Origin: a virus
Taxonomy: Duplodnaviria > Caudoviricetes
DNA: 64,000 bases
IMG/VR virus record: IMGVR_UViG_638276483_000001
Coordinates: 46,866-110,865 of that record
Direction: 5' to 3' (one strand)
The translations under genes were made by a program, and so were the position numbers. This document shows, in pieces, positions 12,182 to 21,784 of this stretch. Position 1 is the stretch's first letter; every line of letters begins with the position of its first letter. The notes under the pieces were generated by a model that did not search any database, was not told where the DNA came from, and worked only from the letters and a program-made list of their open reading frames with translations.

Positions 12182-12601
12182 TTATATGGGCGGAGCATCC
12201 TGACGGGCGCGGAACCTAGCCAGCCTGCCCGTCGTCTTCCTCGTCGCCACTTTTAAAGAGCTGGGCTCAGTCCTGTCCAGGACCTCTTCCAGCAGCCGCT
12301 CGGTCTCCACCATGCCGAGGTCGGGCTCATGCCGCACAACGGTGTCGTACTCCTCTTTCCGGCCGTAGCCGGCGGCGGCCATCGCGTCGGGCAGGGTGGA
12401 GCCCTCGCCGAACTGGCGCCAGAAGTTCACCACCTTGTCGGCCGACGGGCGCTTGAAACCCTCGGCCTTGATCCAGTTGCCGACCATCGATCCCGATGCG
12501 TCGACCAGTTCGCCGATCTGTTCGTTGGTTAGATCGCCCCGGTGTGCCTCTAGTTGACGCAGCACGTACCGGGACCATGTCTGCGCGTAATCCTCATCCA
12601 T
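12182..12601 (-). CDS. Putative immunity repressor (XRE HTH)
   Basis: LTNEQIGELVDASGSMVGNWIK HTH; divergent from a Cro-like gene. Confidence 0.7.
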   Translation of the reverse strand: MDEDYAQTWSRYVLRQLEAHRGDLTNEQIGELVDASGSMVGNWIKAEGFKRPSADKVVNFWRQFGEGSTLPDAMAAAGYGRKEEYDTVVRHEPDLGMVETERLLEEVLDRTEPSSLKVATRKTTGRLARFRARQDAPPI

Positions 12602-12880
12602 GGTGATAACGCTACTCCATCGTATTGAGATGTTGCAACAGTGTCGATTTAACTGCAGTGCGGATTTCGTAGCCAAAACCGCTGCTCAGGAACTAATCCG
12701 TTGTCTCGCAACAATGTAACTCGACGCCCGAAAGCGTTGCGGCAACGCAACATTTCGAGGCTGGGGCGTTTGCCAACTCCTTGCGCAGGGTAGGGCCATC
12801 GCACTACAGTGAAGCGCATCACGAAGTGCAGTTCACTTGCACAGCAACACCAGGGCAGTACCTGAAGGGGATGGTGACTG

Positions 12881-13105
12881 ATGGCTTATTTCCGCGTGAA
12901 TCACAGGGGTTTTCAAAGCCTCAAGGAGCAGGGCGTCGCGAAGAGCGATCGGGCGATCGCTCAACTGCTCCAAGTTGATCCCGCAACAATGTCCCGCGTT
13001 CTACGAGGGAAGACGGAGCCAACCGGGCGCTTGGTCGCCGGCGCGGTGGCAGCCCTCGGGCCGAGCTGGCTGGGCATCCTCTTCGACGTTGTGGAAGAGA
13101 AGTGA
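12881..13105 (+). CDS. Cro-like HTH protein
   Basis: SDRAIAQLLQVDPATMSRVLRGKTEP HTH; first gene of the rightward operon. Confidence 0.75.
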   Translation: MAYFRVNHRGFQSLKEQGVAKSDRAIAQLLQVDPATMSRVLRGKTEPTGRLVAGAVAALGPSWLGILFDVVEEK

Positions 13106-13362
13106 AGACCTGCTACCGCGGTCACGAGCGGTCCGAGGCAAACACCTACATCTTCTTCGATTCGCAGACCGGCCAGAAGAAGCACATGTGCCGGGAATGC
13201 CGCAGGAAAGTTGGCCGAGTGTGCGGCTACTGCAACACCGCGTTCACCACGACCCTGCAACACGATTCGTGGGTCTGCCCAACCTGCACCGCGGGCGGGG
13301 CTTCCACCACTGATTACGCACCCTTGGGTTCCACCTGGGTGACGAGCGGCTAGGAGACAAAC

Positions 13363-13728
13363 ATGAGGAACAAAGCCCTGCTCAACGAGGTCATGGACTT
13401 CATCCTGAAGTACCCCGAGGCGCACAATCAGGGCGTCTACTTCAACGAGTGCGGTACAGCCGCCTGCTTCGCGGGCTGGACCTGCTACCTGGCGGGATAC
13501 GACAGGTTCCCAGGAGCCTGGAACTACGTCGCCGACCCCGAATCCCCAGAGGGATTCGATCACGCTTCGTACAAGGCCCGGGACCTTCTCGGACTTACCG
13601 TGGCGGAAGCGATCGAGCTCTTCGATGGCGACAACACCCCGGAGGATCTCCAGCGGATGGTTGCCAACCTCGTTGCTGACAGGCCCGTCGATAGCGACAG
13701 CCGCTACTGGCAGAGTGCGGATCAGTAA
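13363..13728 (+). CDS. Hypothetical phage protein
   Basis: AGGAG RBS; CGTAACFAGW motif. Confidence 0.7.
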   Translation: MRNKALLNEVMDFILKYPEAHNQGVYFNECGTAACFAGWTCYLAGYDRFPGAWNYVADPESPEGFDHASYKARDLLGLTVAEAIELFDGDNTPEDLQRMVANLVADRPVDSDSRYWQSADQ

Positions 13729-14529
13729 ATGATCCCCGCACTCGCGCATCTCGAAGCCCGCCAGAGGCACCTCTGGGACACCGTCGCCTACAGCGGCAAC
13801 CAGAAGCTCGACATCTGGCTTCCGGAAAGCCCGGAGAACGCGCCGGTCTTCATGTTCATCCCCGGCGGGGCCTGGACCATTGGCGACCGCCGCGGCCAGG
13901 GCTACGCCATCATGTCCCACCTCGTCCAGCAGGGCTGGATCTGCGTGGCGATCGACTACCGCACCGCCCCCAAGAACCATTGGCCGGCCCCTTTCGAAGA
14001 TGTGTCCGCCGCTTTCCACTGGGTGAGGGCCAACATCCACCAATACGGTGGGGGAGACTTCCTGGCCGTCGGCGGGGCCTCGGCCGGAGGTCACATGGCC
14101 TCACTTCTCGGATTGACTGACTGGTCCTTCTCTAAACCTGATGCAGTGGTTTCTTTGTACGGGGTTTACGACTGGACCTCGAAGAGCCTGGATCACTGGC
14201 TGATCAACCGTTACGTCCAGCACGTGGTGGTGGGCCGGCGCGACCACGACACCCTCCGGATCTCCTCGCCGATCCACCAGATCCACCGCGACGCCCCGCC
14301 CTTCCTCATCATCCAGGGCGACTGCGATCTGGTTACCCCACAAAGCGGGGCGAAGAAGTTCTTCAAGAAGCTGAAGGAAACCTCTCTCAACCACGCGGTG
14401 TATCACCGGGTGCCGGGCGGTATTCACGGCTTCGACCTTCTCCAGGGGTGGCAGACCGATAGGGCCATCGACGCGATCGACGACTTTCTCACCACAGCTC
14501 GTATTCCCGGTCTTTTGGAGGCGTCATGA
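13729..14529 (+). CDS. Alpha/beta hydrolase, HSL-family esterase/lipase
   Basis: IPGGAW oxyanion loop, GASAGG nucleophile, GDCD Asp, HGF His. Confidence 0.9.
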   Translation: MIPALAHLEARQRHLWDTVAYSGNQKLDIWLPESPENAPVFMFIPGGAWTIGDRRGQGYAIMSHLVQQGWICVAIDYRTAPKNHWPAPFEDVSAAFHWVRANIHQYGGGDFLAVGGASAGGHMASLLGLTDWSFSKPDAVVSLYGVYDWTSKSLDHWLINRYVQHVVVGRRDHDTLRISSPIHQIHRDAPPFLIIQGDCDLVTPQSGAKKFFKKLKETSLNHAVYHRVPGGIHGFDLLQGWQTDRAIDAIDDFLTTARIPGLLEAS

Positions 14530-14796
14530 CCGACAGCACCATGCTCCGCGAAGCGGCCATCAAGAAGCTGATGGACATTCAGGAGGCGTGTCGCGCCGAA
14601 CTCTTGCAGCACCCGATGCGGGCGTACCGCGGTATCAGCCTCGCCAACGAAATCCTCGACATCATCAAGGGGGAGTGATGACTACCCAGGCGATCATCTT
14701 CTTCTCTTCCGTGGCAATGGTTCCGGCCCTCGCCTTCGTTATCGGTGGCGCGCAGGCCTGGGCTGAGCGGTGGTCTTATCGACGGGACTTCTGGCG

Positions 14797-15174
14797 ATGA
14801 GGACCTGCACAATTCCGGGGTGCGAGAAGAAGCACCACGCTCGCGGCTTCTGCGTCGTGCACTACGGCCGCTGGACCCGCAGCTCCGACGAGCCCCGCGG
14901 CAACTACCGCCGCAGCCACCGGTCGGATTGCAAGCTGGAATGGTGCAACGGGCGGTTCTACGCCAAGGATCTCTGCCGGTTCCATCACCAGCGTCTCCTC
15001 CGCGGCAAGGCCATGGACGACCCGCGCGGCAACGTCGGGATCTTCGATTGGGCGGCGTGCGGGACGCCGGCGCAATACAGGAAGCACTTCCGGCACGGCA
15101 TCCCCTTGTGCGACGCATGCCGGAAAGCTGAGAGTCGACGTCAGAAGGACCGCCGCGAGAAGGCAAAGCGATGA
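14797..15174 (+). CDS. Cys/His-rich zinc-finger protein
   Basis: Repeated C-x4-C...C..H units and CGT..QY.KH...G.PLCDAC. Confidence 0.65.
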   Translation: MRTCTIPGCEKKHHARGFCVVHYGRWTRSSDEPRGNYRRSHRSDCKLEWCNGRFYAKDLCRFHHQRLLRGKAMDDPRGNVGIFDWAACGTPAQYRKHFRHGIPLCDACRKAESRRQKDRREKAKR

Positions 15175-15489
15175 AAGATTCTTCCGAACCTTTACGGGGA
15201 TCTGATCATCCCAATGCTAAAGTTGACCTTGAGCAAATCCTCGGAAACTGGAGGCCAGCGTGTGGATTGCGGGAGGACATGCCAGCGCTTTCGGTGTGTG
15301 GGAATCCCGCCACGCATGTACTCAACTTTCATGGCGGACATTTTGTTCATCTGACTTGCATCCCCTGCTACCTCCTCTACATGGAGGCAATCCGTCAGTG
15401 GATTGAAACATCCCCCAAGGTGGAATGCACCGCCTGCGGAGAAGGCGTAGATGCACTCGTTCATCTCAAGCTAACTCCGCTCTAAGAAA

Positions 15490-15872
15490 CTTCCCCGGCC
15501 AAGAGCCGGCGGGCAAAACTTAAAAGCTTCAACCGGCGGAATGCCAGCTCCCTCCCAAGTAGACGGGGGTGACGATTCCATCAGCCTTTAGGTGCCGTAC
15601 GAAGCGTTATATGTGTGACGGGTTAAGTGCTACAGGGGCCTGAAAAGGCCGCCCGCGGGGACATAGAAACCTCGCCGTTAGCCGCAAGGCGCGTAGACCC
15701 ACCTCGGTGGAGGATTAAGCTTACCCAAATCTTTTTGCAGAGAAATCTGCAGCGCACGGCCGGAATGGTTCGGCACGAATTCGTCAAGGTTCAAATCCTT
15801 GCGTGCGCACCAGTCGCGGGGAGTCGAGCCGGCTTGTTCTAGCCGAGTGTCGGTTCCTCCCCGCGATTTTTT
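15490..15872 (+). ncRNA. Putative structured ncRNA locus A, ending in a mini-tRNA and a terminator
   Basis: No credible ORF; GNRA hairpins at 15637-15650, 15681-15690, 15736-15751; TCGCGGGGAG/CTCCCCGCGA + T6 hairpin at 15814-15872. Confidence 0.55.
15752..15812 (+). ncRNA. 61-nt tRNA-like element lacking an anticodon arm, CCA encoded
   Basis: Acceptor GCGCACG/CGTGCGC-A-CCA; T-arm CAAGG-TTCAAAT-CCTTG; D-like hairpin GCCG-GAATGGTT-CGGC. Confidence 0.7.
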
Positions 15873-16909
15873 GTACCCAAAATCAGGGAGGTTCGCCCAT
15901 GCTCGGACGTTTCACTGAAGATCAGCAAGTTCTGCTCGCCTGCTACTGGGCGCTCTCCGACGCCCACCCGCCTCACAAGGGCGAGCTGCGAAAGATGTTC
16001 CGCAGCAAGGTGGATACCTCAACCGCGGAGCACGCGGTGATCTCCGCCCGCCGCGCCGAGGACTTCCACATCGGCATCGCCGGTGCCCTCACCGAACTCT
16101 CCAAGGCCACTCAGAAATACCCCCGCTACGCCTTCGACCGTTTCCGTCGGGGGACGGGCGTTCCCAACCATCGCAAGGTGCGGGTCCGTGACAACTGACC
16201 AGGCGGCGAAGATCCTTTATCTCGCCTATCACAAAGACCGCTACGCCCCGCATTGGGAATCCGCCCCGGACCAGTCGCGGTGGCGACAGACTGCCGCAGC
16301 ACTCCTCCGGGAGATGAAATGATCTTCGTTGAGATCGAATGCGACAACCCGAGCTGCCCCAACGGCAGTGAGTATGTTGACGTCTACCTCGACGCGTGGC
16401 GCCGGGGCGCGCCCGTAAACACCTACCTCCCCGAGGGATGGCGTGTGGCGAACGCGGTGGAGCGCCCTGATTGCGCGGGGATCGAAGAGTGAACGCGGCC
16501 GAGATAATGCAGCGCCGGATCGACCTCTATGAACACCTGACCGATATCGATCAAGCATTGCGGCTACTGGTCGGCGGGCCCATGACCCCAGGGGCTGAAG
16601 AAACGGCATTCGAACTCCTTGAGGAGAGGGACATGGTGTGCCACCTCATGCGAGAGGTCGGCTACGAACCTTGGGATTCCCCTTTCTCCGAAGATGAAAC
16701 GAAGGTCTTATGAACTACGAATACGAACTGGTGATCGCCAAGAACGCCGCAAGGGAAACTGAGGCGTTGATCCGCAACGCCCTCGAATACCTGGCGGAGG
16801 CCCGCTCCACGGTGATCGATCACCTCTCCGCCCCCAATGACATCTACGCCCGGCTGACCATTGTTCAGGACCTCGGCCTGGTGGAAGACAATCTCCGAAA
16901 GGCTCTGAA

Positions 16910-17050
16910 TTGAAGACCCTGAAAACCTTCGCTATTGCCGGCGCGGTTGCCACCGCATTCACCGCGGTCGGCCTTGTTACGGCACGCCCCGCCGAGGCGG
17001 TCCCCGGCCAGTGTGGGGGCGCGATCGTGTTCGGCAGCGGCGGGTGCTAA
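16910..17050 (+). pseudogene. Short secreted-peptide gene, probably truncated
   Basis: MKTLKTFAIAGAVATAFTAVGLVTARPAEA-VPGQCGGAIVFGSGGC*, overlapping the HNH start. Confidence 0.45.
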
Positions 17051-17586
17051 CCGAGCGCTGGATGCCGATTCCGGGCCTTCCGGGGTATGAGGCCAGCTCG
17101 CTCGGCCGTGTCAGGTCCCTGCCCAGGCGGATTACGCAGATCAGGTATGGCAAGTCGCATGCCATTACAGCGAAGGGGCGGGTGCTGAAGCCCCGGATGA
17201 TCAACGGATATCTTGTGGTTCAGCCCCGCAGACCCGACCATTCCATTTGGTCGGCGGGGGTTCACCGCCTGGTGCTCATGGCCTTTAGCGGGGTCCATCA
17301 CCCGACGCTGGACTGCCGCCACCTAAATGGCGACCGGATGGATAACCGCCCAGAGAATCTTGAATGGGGCACCCGGCTAGACAATCTAGAGGATCAGAAG
17401 CTGCATGGCACCCACCCCTCTCAGCGCCTGGTGACTCATTGCCCCGCGGGCCATGAGTACACTTCCGAAAACACCGCACGGCGCAAATCGGATGGGTCAC
17501 GGCGCTGTAGGCAATGCGATCGAGAGTATGCGCGCGAATACCAACGAAGGAAGCGCCGAACCAGGGGCGGATTGAGGCAAGAATGA
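17044..17586 (+). CDS. NUMOD4-HNH homing endonuclease
   Basis: ERWMPIPGLPGYEASSLGRVRS; VHRLV..AF; HLNGDRMDNRPENLEW. Confidence 0.9.
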   Translation: MLTERWMPIPGLPGYEASSLGRVRSLPRRITQIRYGKSHAITAKGRVLKPRMINGYLVVQPRRPDHSIWSAGVHRLVLMAFSGVHHPTLDCRHLNGDRMDNRPENLEWGTRLDNLEDQKLHGTHPSQRLVTHCPAGHEYTSENTARRKSDGSRRCRQCDREYAREYQRRKRRTRGGLRQE

Positions 17587-18031
17587 CCGTCTACAACCTC
17601 TCGTACGACCGCAAAGACGTCCGCTACGAGGTCCACTACGGGGATAAAACCGAGGTGTTCACCTCCCCGTACATCATTCAACTGTGGTCGTGGCTCGGGA
17701 ATGTCATGGAGCCGGGCGACACCCTTCACTGGCTCTCCGGAGGAGATGATTGATGAGCGCTACCAGAGAATACCTCCGGGACTTCTGCAAATGCTGGACC
17801 TGGTGGGCGACCCTCACACTGCTGATGGCGTTGAGTTGTGCGGTCGATCTGGCGATCAACCCAAGTAAGGACGCGCTCGCCTTCACGCTGATGTGGGCGG
17901 CGTTGACGATCGTCGAGCTCAACCGTAAGGCCGACAAGATCTATATCGAACTCCTCGAATCCCAGATCGAGGAGCTGGTGGCTGAGCAATGACCGGCCTC
18001 GACGCCCCGAACTTCCAGAAAGCGAAAGTGA

Positions 18032-18415
18032 ATGAAGAAACTCATTACCGCGGCGGTGGCCGCTGCCGCCATTATCGGCCTATCCGCTTGCTCCTCTGAT
18101 GCCGACGTCGCCTCGGAGAACCTTTCCAAGGCGGCCGACAACTTCCAGGTCCCCCGTCGGATCGTGTTCTTCAACGGCATCACCGACAAGTACCTGCTGG
18201 AGATCCAGGGCTTCTGCTCGATCAATGCCGATACGGGCTCAAAGAAACTTGACGTGACCTGCAAGGTCAATGACGGCTACAAGAAGCATTTCCTGGGCCT
18301 GTCGGACAACGTGTCGTATTTCGTGGAGCAGATCAACGGCGCGAATGTCAGCACCGACTTCTACCAGGTAAATTTCAAGCCAGCGTCCATCCTGCCGGAT
18401 GTAGAGTTACGGTGA
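18032..18415 (+). CDS. Lipoprotein
   Basis: Signal peptide with LSAC lipobox. Confidence 0.8.
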   Translation: MKKLITAAVAAAAIIGLSACSSDADVASENLSKAADNFQVPRRIVFFNGITDKYLLEIQGFCSINADTGSKKLDVTCKVNDGYKKHFLGLSDNVSYFVEQINGANVSTDFYQVNFKPASILPDVELR

Positions 18416-18771
18416 TCGACCGCCCCGTCCCGCAAATGGTCGTGGTAGACCACGGCACCGAAGCCGGCATCGACTGGGCCACCTGCGAAGCCCCGCTCTA
18501 CGGGGCTATCAACGGATACGTCCGCATCCCGGAGGGCCACCCGTGGCACGGCCTGAATTATGAAGAGATCTACGTCGAGGCGCCCGGCGGATTGACCTAC
18601 TCCGAGAACGGCTGGATCGGCTTTGACACCCTGCACCTCGGGGATTACTGGCCGGGGATGCGGCAGGCGGGGTACGGCCCGCCGAGCTTCCACGACATGG
18701 AATGGGATGCAGGAATGGTTGCCGAGGAGGCGCGCCTGTTGGCTCAGCGCGTCGCCGAGGCCGCAAGCTAG

Positions 18772-19100
18772 GCGCCGGGCGACCCCGGCGTTGCCCCGAG
18801 GAGTTCCCGAGCGTAAAAGTCGGGCCGGGGAACGGGACGCCCGTAGCGGGGCGACACTAGCAGTGAGGTAACAGCCCGTATAAAGCCCTCACTCAGCCCG
18901 TCGTAGGGGTCGCTACATCCCTGGTGAAACATTTGTCCCGCGTCGCCGCGACTTGGCGCGGGGCCCTTAAAGACCCACCGGAGTGGGTGCCGGTTTGAGG
19001 TCCGGAGATAAACAAAACCTCACCCCCAATTCCCCCAAGCCGCAGGATTGCGCAAACCCCAAGGATAAACGATTACCGTAAAGGTAACTCTCGGGGCAAC
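18772..19100 (+). ncRNA. Putative structured RNA locus B (leader of the exonuclease gene)
   Basis: 18790-18805 pairs with 19086-19100 (15 bp, one bulge), enclosing several hairpins. Confidence 0.55.
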
Positions 19101-20007
19101 AATTCCAGTTGTCCAGTACGGAAATCTCCAGCCCCAAGTCGAGGCAGAGGCCGAGACGCATGAAGAGGCCTTGGAGCTGGCTCTGGCGCAAATCAAGGCG
19201 CTGTGGGACCGCACCTCGCCCAAGCCCCTGGATATCGACAGGGGCCAGCCTCAGCAGGTGCCGGTCAAGCCCACGGGCGTCATCAAAAAGTGTCGAGTGT
19301 CCGGGGCTGAGGTCATTTTCGACCCGGTCGCTCACACTTATCACGACAAGCAGGGTCGCAAGTACCGCGGCGGTTCCAGTTTCGCCGCCGAGTACAAAAG
19401 CCCCTTCGAGGCGGACATTATCTCCGGGAAGATGGCGGCCAAGCACGGCGTTCCCCAGGAAGACATCCTGGCGATGTGGAAGCTCAACTCGGAAGCCTCC
19501 ACGACGTTCGGGACATCCCTCCACGCGGCGTTGGAACTCTACGGCCGATACCTGGAGCTGTCCAAGATCCTCAAGGACGGTACTGACGAATCCTGCCTAA
19601 CGAAGAACCCGGTGCTGCGGCCGATCGTCCAGAAGTTTTTCACCGAGGAGCGCATCGCGGAGAAGGCCTACTACGAGGAATTCGTGGCCGACCCCGACAC
19701 ACTCTCTTGTGGATTGATCGACCGGCTGGTCGTCGACGACGATGGCCTGTGGGTAGAGGACTACAAAAGTAACGCGTCGGTAACGGACAAAAAAGAGACG
19801 TACCTAGCTCCGTTTAAGGATCTCGTCGAGCCTAATGCGCTCGGCGGCTACGTCATACAGCTTAGCTACTACGCCGCGATCCTCAAGAAATACGGCCGCA
19901 ACGTCAAGGGCCTCCGCATCCATCACTGGGATGGCGAGGACTGGACTACTTATGAGCGGGAAATGATCGACATTTCCGGGGAACTTAAGTCCATCAAGGA
20001 GAACTAA
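19072..20007 (+). CDS. PD-(D/E)XK / Cas4-like exonuclease; proposed ATT start at 19072 (first canonical start TTG 19171)
   Basis: GTSLHAALE, EE, GLIDRL, VEDYKS, QLSYYA motifs. Confidence 0.8.
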   Translation: MTVKVTLGATIPVVQYGNLQPQVEAEAETHEEALELALAQIKALWDRTSPKPLDIDRGQPQQVPVKPTGVIKKCRVSGAEVIFDPVAHTYHDKQGRKYRGGSSFAAEYKSPFEADIISGKMAAKHGVPQEDILAMWKLNSEASTTFGTSLHAALELYGRYLELSKILKDGTDESCLTKNPVLRPIVQKFFTEERIAEKAYYEEFVADPDTLSCGLIDRLVVDDDGLWVEDYKSNASVTDKKETYLAPFKDLVEPNALGGYVIQLSYYAAILKKYGRNVKGLRIHHWDGEDWTTYEREMIDISGELKSIKEN

Positions 20008-20598
20008 TGAGCGAACTCGGGCAGAAACTCATCAATGAGATTCGCATGGTCGCCGCGGGCAATCCCGACTACGTTTACGAATACGAGGAGGGGGGCCTCT
20101 GCCGATACATCATGAATGGGCAGCCGTCCTGCTTGGTGGGCCACGGTCTCCATCGGCTCGGATTGATCGATGCCGCGCTGGAGCCGCACGATTACAACTA
20201 CTCCTGCTTCGAAGACCTGGAGGAGCGCCTCGACCTCGGCCTTGACTCCGACGAAGTCCACTGGGTCGAGCGAGTCCAGATAGCCCAGGACGGTGGTCGG
20301 ACTTGGGGTGAAGCGGTGGGCATCTCATGACGGCGCCCATCTTCTCCCCGGTCGAGCTCAGCCTCTCGGAATTCGAGTTCACCGTCCCTTGCGGGATCGA
20401 GGGCTGCGACCACGACGCCGATTGGATGAGCTGGGGGGACCACTCAGCTTTCGGCTGCCCAGGGTATGGCCCGGTATGTGAATGGCACCGCCGCCTCACC
20501 TTGCGCTACGTCGAAGGCATCGAGGGACAGGTCGGGCCCTGCAGCCGCTGTAAGCAGCCCCGAGTAATCGGGCCGGATGAATTTAGGTTTATCGAACT

Positions 20599-21027
20599 GT
20601 GAGCCTTTCTCGACCCTCGACACCGCGTAGAGAACCCGAGAAGCCAGCCGAAAAGGTGGACCTCAGCCCGCCGACCGCCGCCGACGACCTCCTGCCCGTA
20701 ACGGTGGAACGTCGCATTCAGGAGTTGGTCGGGGCACTCGACAAGGCACTCGAAGGCTGGCGCACCCTCTTCGGGGAGTACAAGCGGGCCGAGCGCGAGT
20801 ACGACGCGGCCTACGCCATGGCGAAGATCAACGTCGATAAGGACGTGCCGTACAACGACCGCGGTCAACACGCCCAGCTCGCAGTGATGGAGCAGCGCGA
20901 GGCCAAGGATATTGCCGAAGAGGCCTTGAAATACGCCGAACATCGGCTGGACGCCATCAAAAAGGCTTTGTCCGCTTGGCAGTCGCTGAACAGGTCGGTT
21001 CAAACGGCCTACCTCAACGCTCGATAG
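20599..21027 (+). CDS. Coiled-coil hypothetical protein
   Basis: Helical heptad-rich ORF, coupled to neighbours. Confidence 0.65.
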   Translation: MSLSRPSTPRREPEKPAEKVDLSPPTAADDLLPVTVERRIQELVGALDKALEGWRTLFGEYKRAEREYDAAYAMAKINVDKDVPYNDRGQHAQLAVMEQREAKDIAEEALKYAEHRLDAIKKALSAWQSLNRSVQTAYLNAR

Positions 21028-21034
21028 GGGAACG

Positions 21035-21778
21035 ATGACTTTAACGCACGTTGACCTGTTTGCGGGCATTGGCGGCTTCTCGCTCACGCTTCAGCGGGCG
21101 GGCGCAAAAACCGTCGCCAATGTCGAGATCGACAAGAATTGCCGCCAGATTCTCGCGCGGCACTACCCCGATGCTGTCCAGTTTGACGACATCAAGAATG
21201 TGAGCGGCGATGACCTTCGATCAGTTGGATTTGTTCCCGAGCGCGGAATCCTCACCGGCGGATTCCCCTGTCAGGACATCTCCGCCGCTGGGAGGGGTGC
21301 CGGACTCGCTGGCGAGCGATCTGGCCTCTTCTGGGAAATCGTTCGACTTCTTAATGAGCTTCATCCAAAGTGGTTCATCCTCGAGAACGTCCCCCGCCTC
21401 CTGTCAATACATGGAGGACGGGACATGGGAACCGTCGTCGGGGCGTTGGCAGGTAGCGGGTATGGCCTCGCCTGGCGAGTGCTGGACGCTCAGTTTACCG
21501 GAGTCCCCCAACGACGTCGTCGAATCTTCATTGTCGGACATCTTGGAGACTCCGGGCGAGCATCTGCGGAAATACTTTTTGAGCGCCAAGGCGTGTCAGG
21601 GGATTCTGCGGAGGACCGCGAAGCGGGGGCGGAAGCTGCCGGAGCCACTAGAGCAAGCGCTGAGAACGATCGCGGGCGAATGACGGTCTCCACCCTACAA
21701 GGGGGGGGCAAGCGCGGCTATCGGATAGACGCAGAGGCAGCAGCGGGCGGCCACTTGCAGATCCAGTCGCCGCTTTGA
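21035..21778 (+). CDS. C5-cytosine DNA methyltransferase, N-terminal catalytic part (motifs I-VIII)
   Basis: DLFAGIGG, GGFPCQD, ENV, PQRRRRIF. Confidence 0.92.
   Translation: MTLTHVDLFAGIGGFSLTLQRAGAKTVANVEIDKNCRQILARHYPDAVQFDDIKNVSGDDLRSVGFVPERGILTGGFPCQDISAAGRGAGLAGERSGLFWEIVRLLNELHPKWFILENVPRLLSIHGGRDMGTVVGALAGSGYGLAWRVLDAQFTGVPQRRRRIFIVGHLGDSGRASAEILFERQGVSGDSAEDREAGAEAAGATRASAENDRGRMTVSTLQGGGKRGYRIDAEAAAGGHLQIQSPL
21210..21683 (+). CDS. Overprinted small methyltransferase subunit in an alternative frame (M.EcoHK31I beta-like)
   Basis: 157-aa nested ORF ending SSLSDILE...KYFLSAKACQGILRR..KRGRKLPEPLEQAL. Confidence 0.65.
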   Translation: MTFDQLDLFPSAESSPADSPVRTSPPLGGVPDSLASDLASSGKSFDFLMSFIQSGSSSRTSPASCQYMEDGTWEPSSGRWQVAGMASPGECWTLSLPESPNDVVESSLSDILETPGEHLRKYFLSAKACQGILRRTAKRGRKLPEPLEQALRTIAGE

Positions 21779-21784
21779 CAGCCA

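Noticed and set aside
12961-14094. Long antisense ORFs (also 36746-37972, 43671-44777, 24200-25009)
   Set aside because: Shadows of well-supported genes in high-GC DNA, with no motifs
15490-15812. tmRNA
   Set aside because: The acceptor pairs locally, there is no G3:U70, and no tag ORF ending in AA is evident
18772-19100. Group I intron
   Set aside because: No recognisable P7 core, and the flanking genes are complete without splicing; not fully excluded
19072-20007. CRISPR-Cas locus
   Set aside because: Solo Cas4-like nuclease; no repeat-spacer array or other cas genes seen
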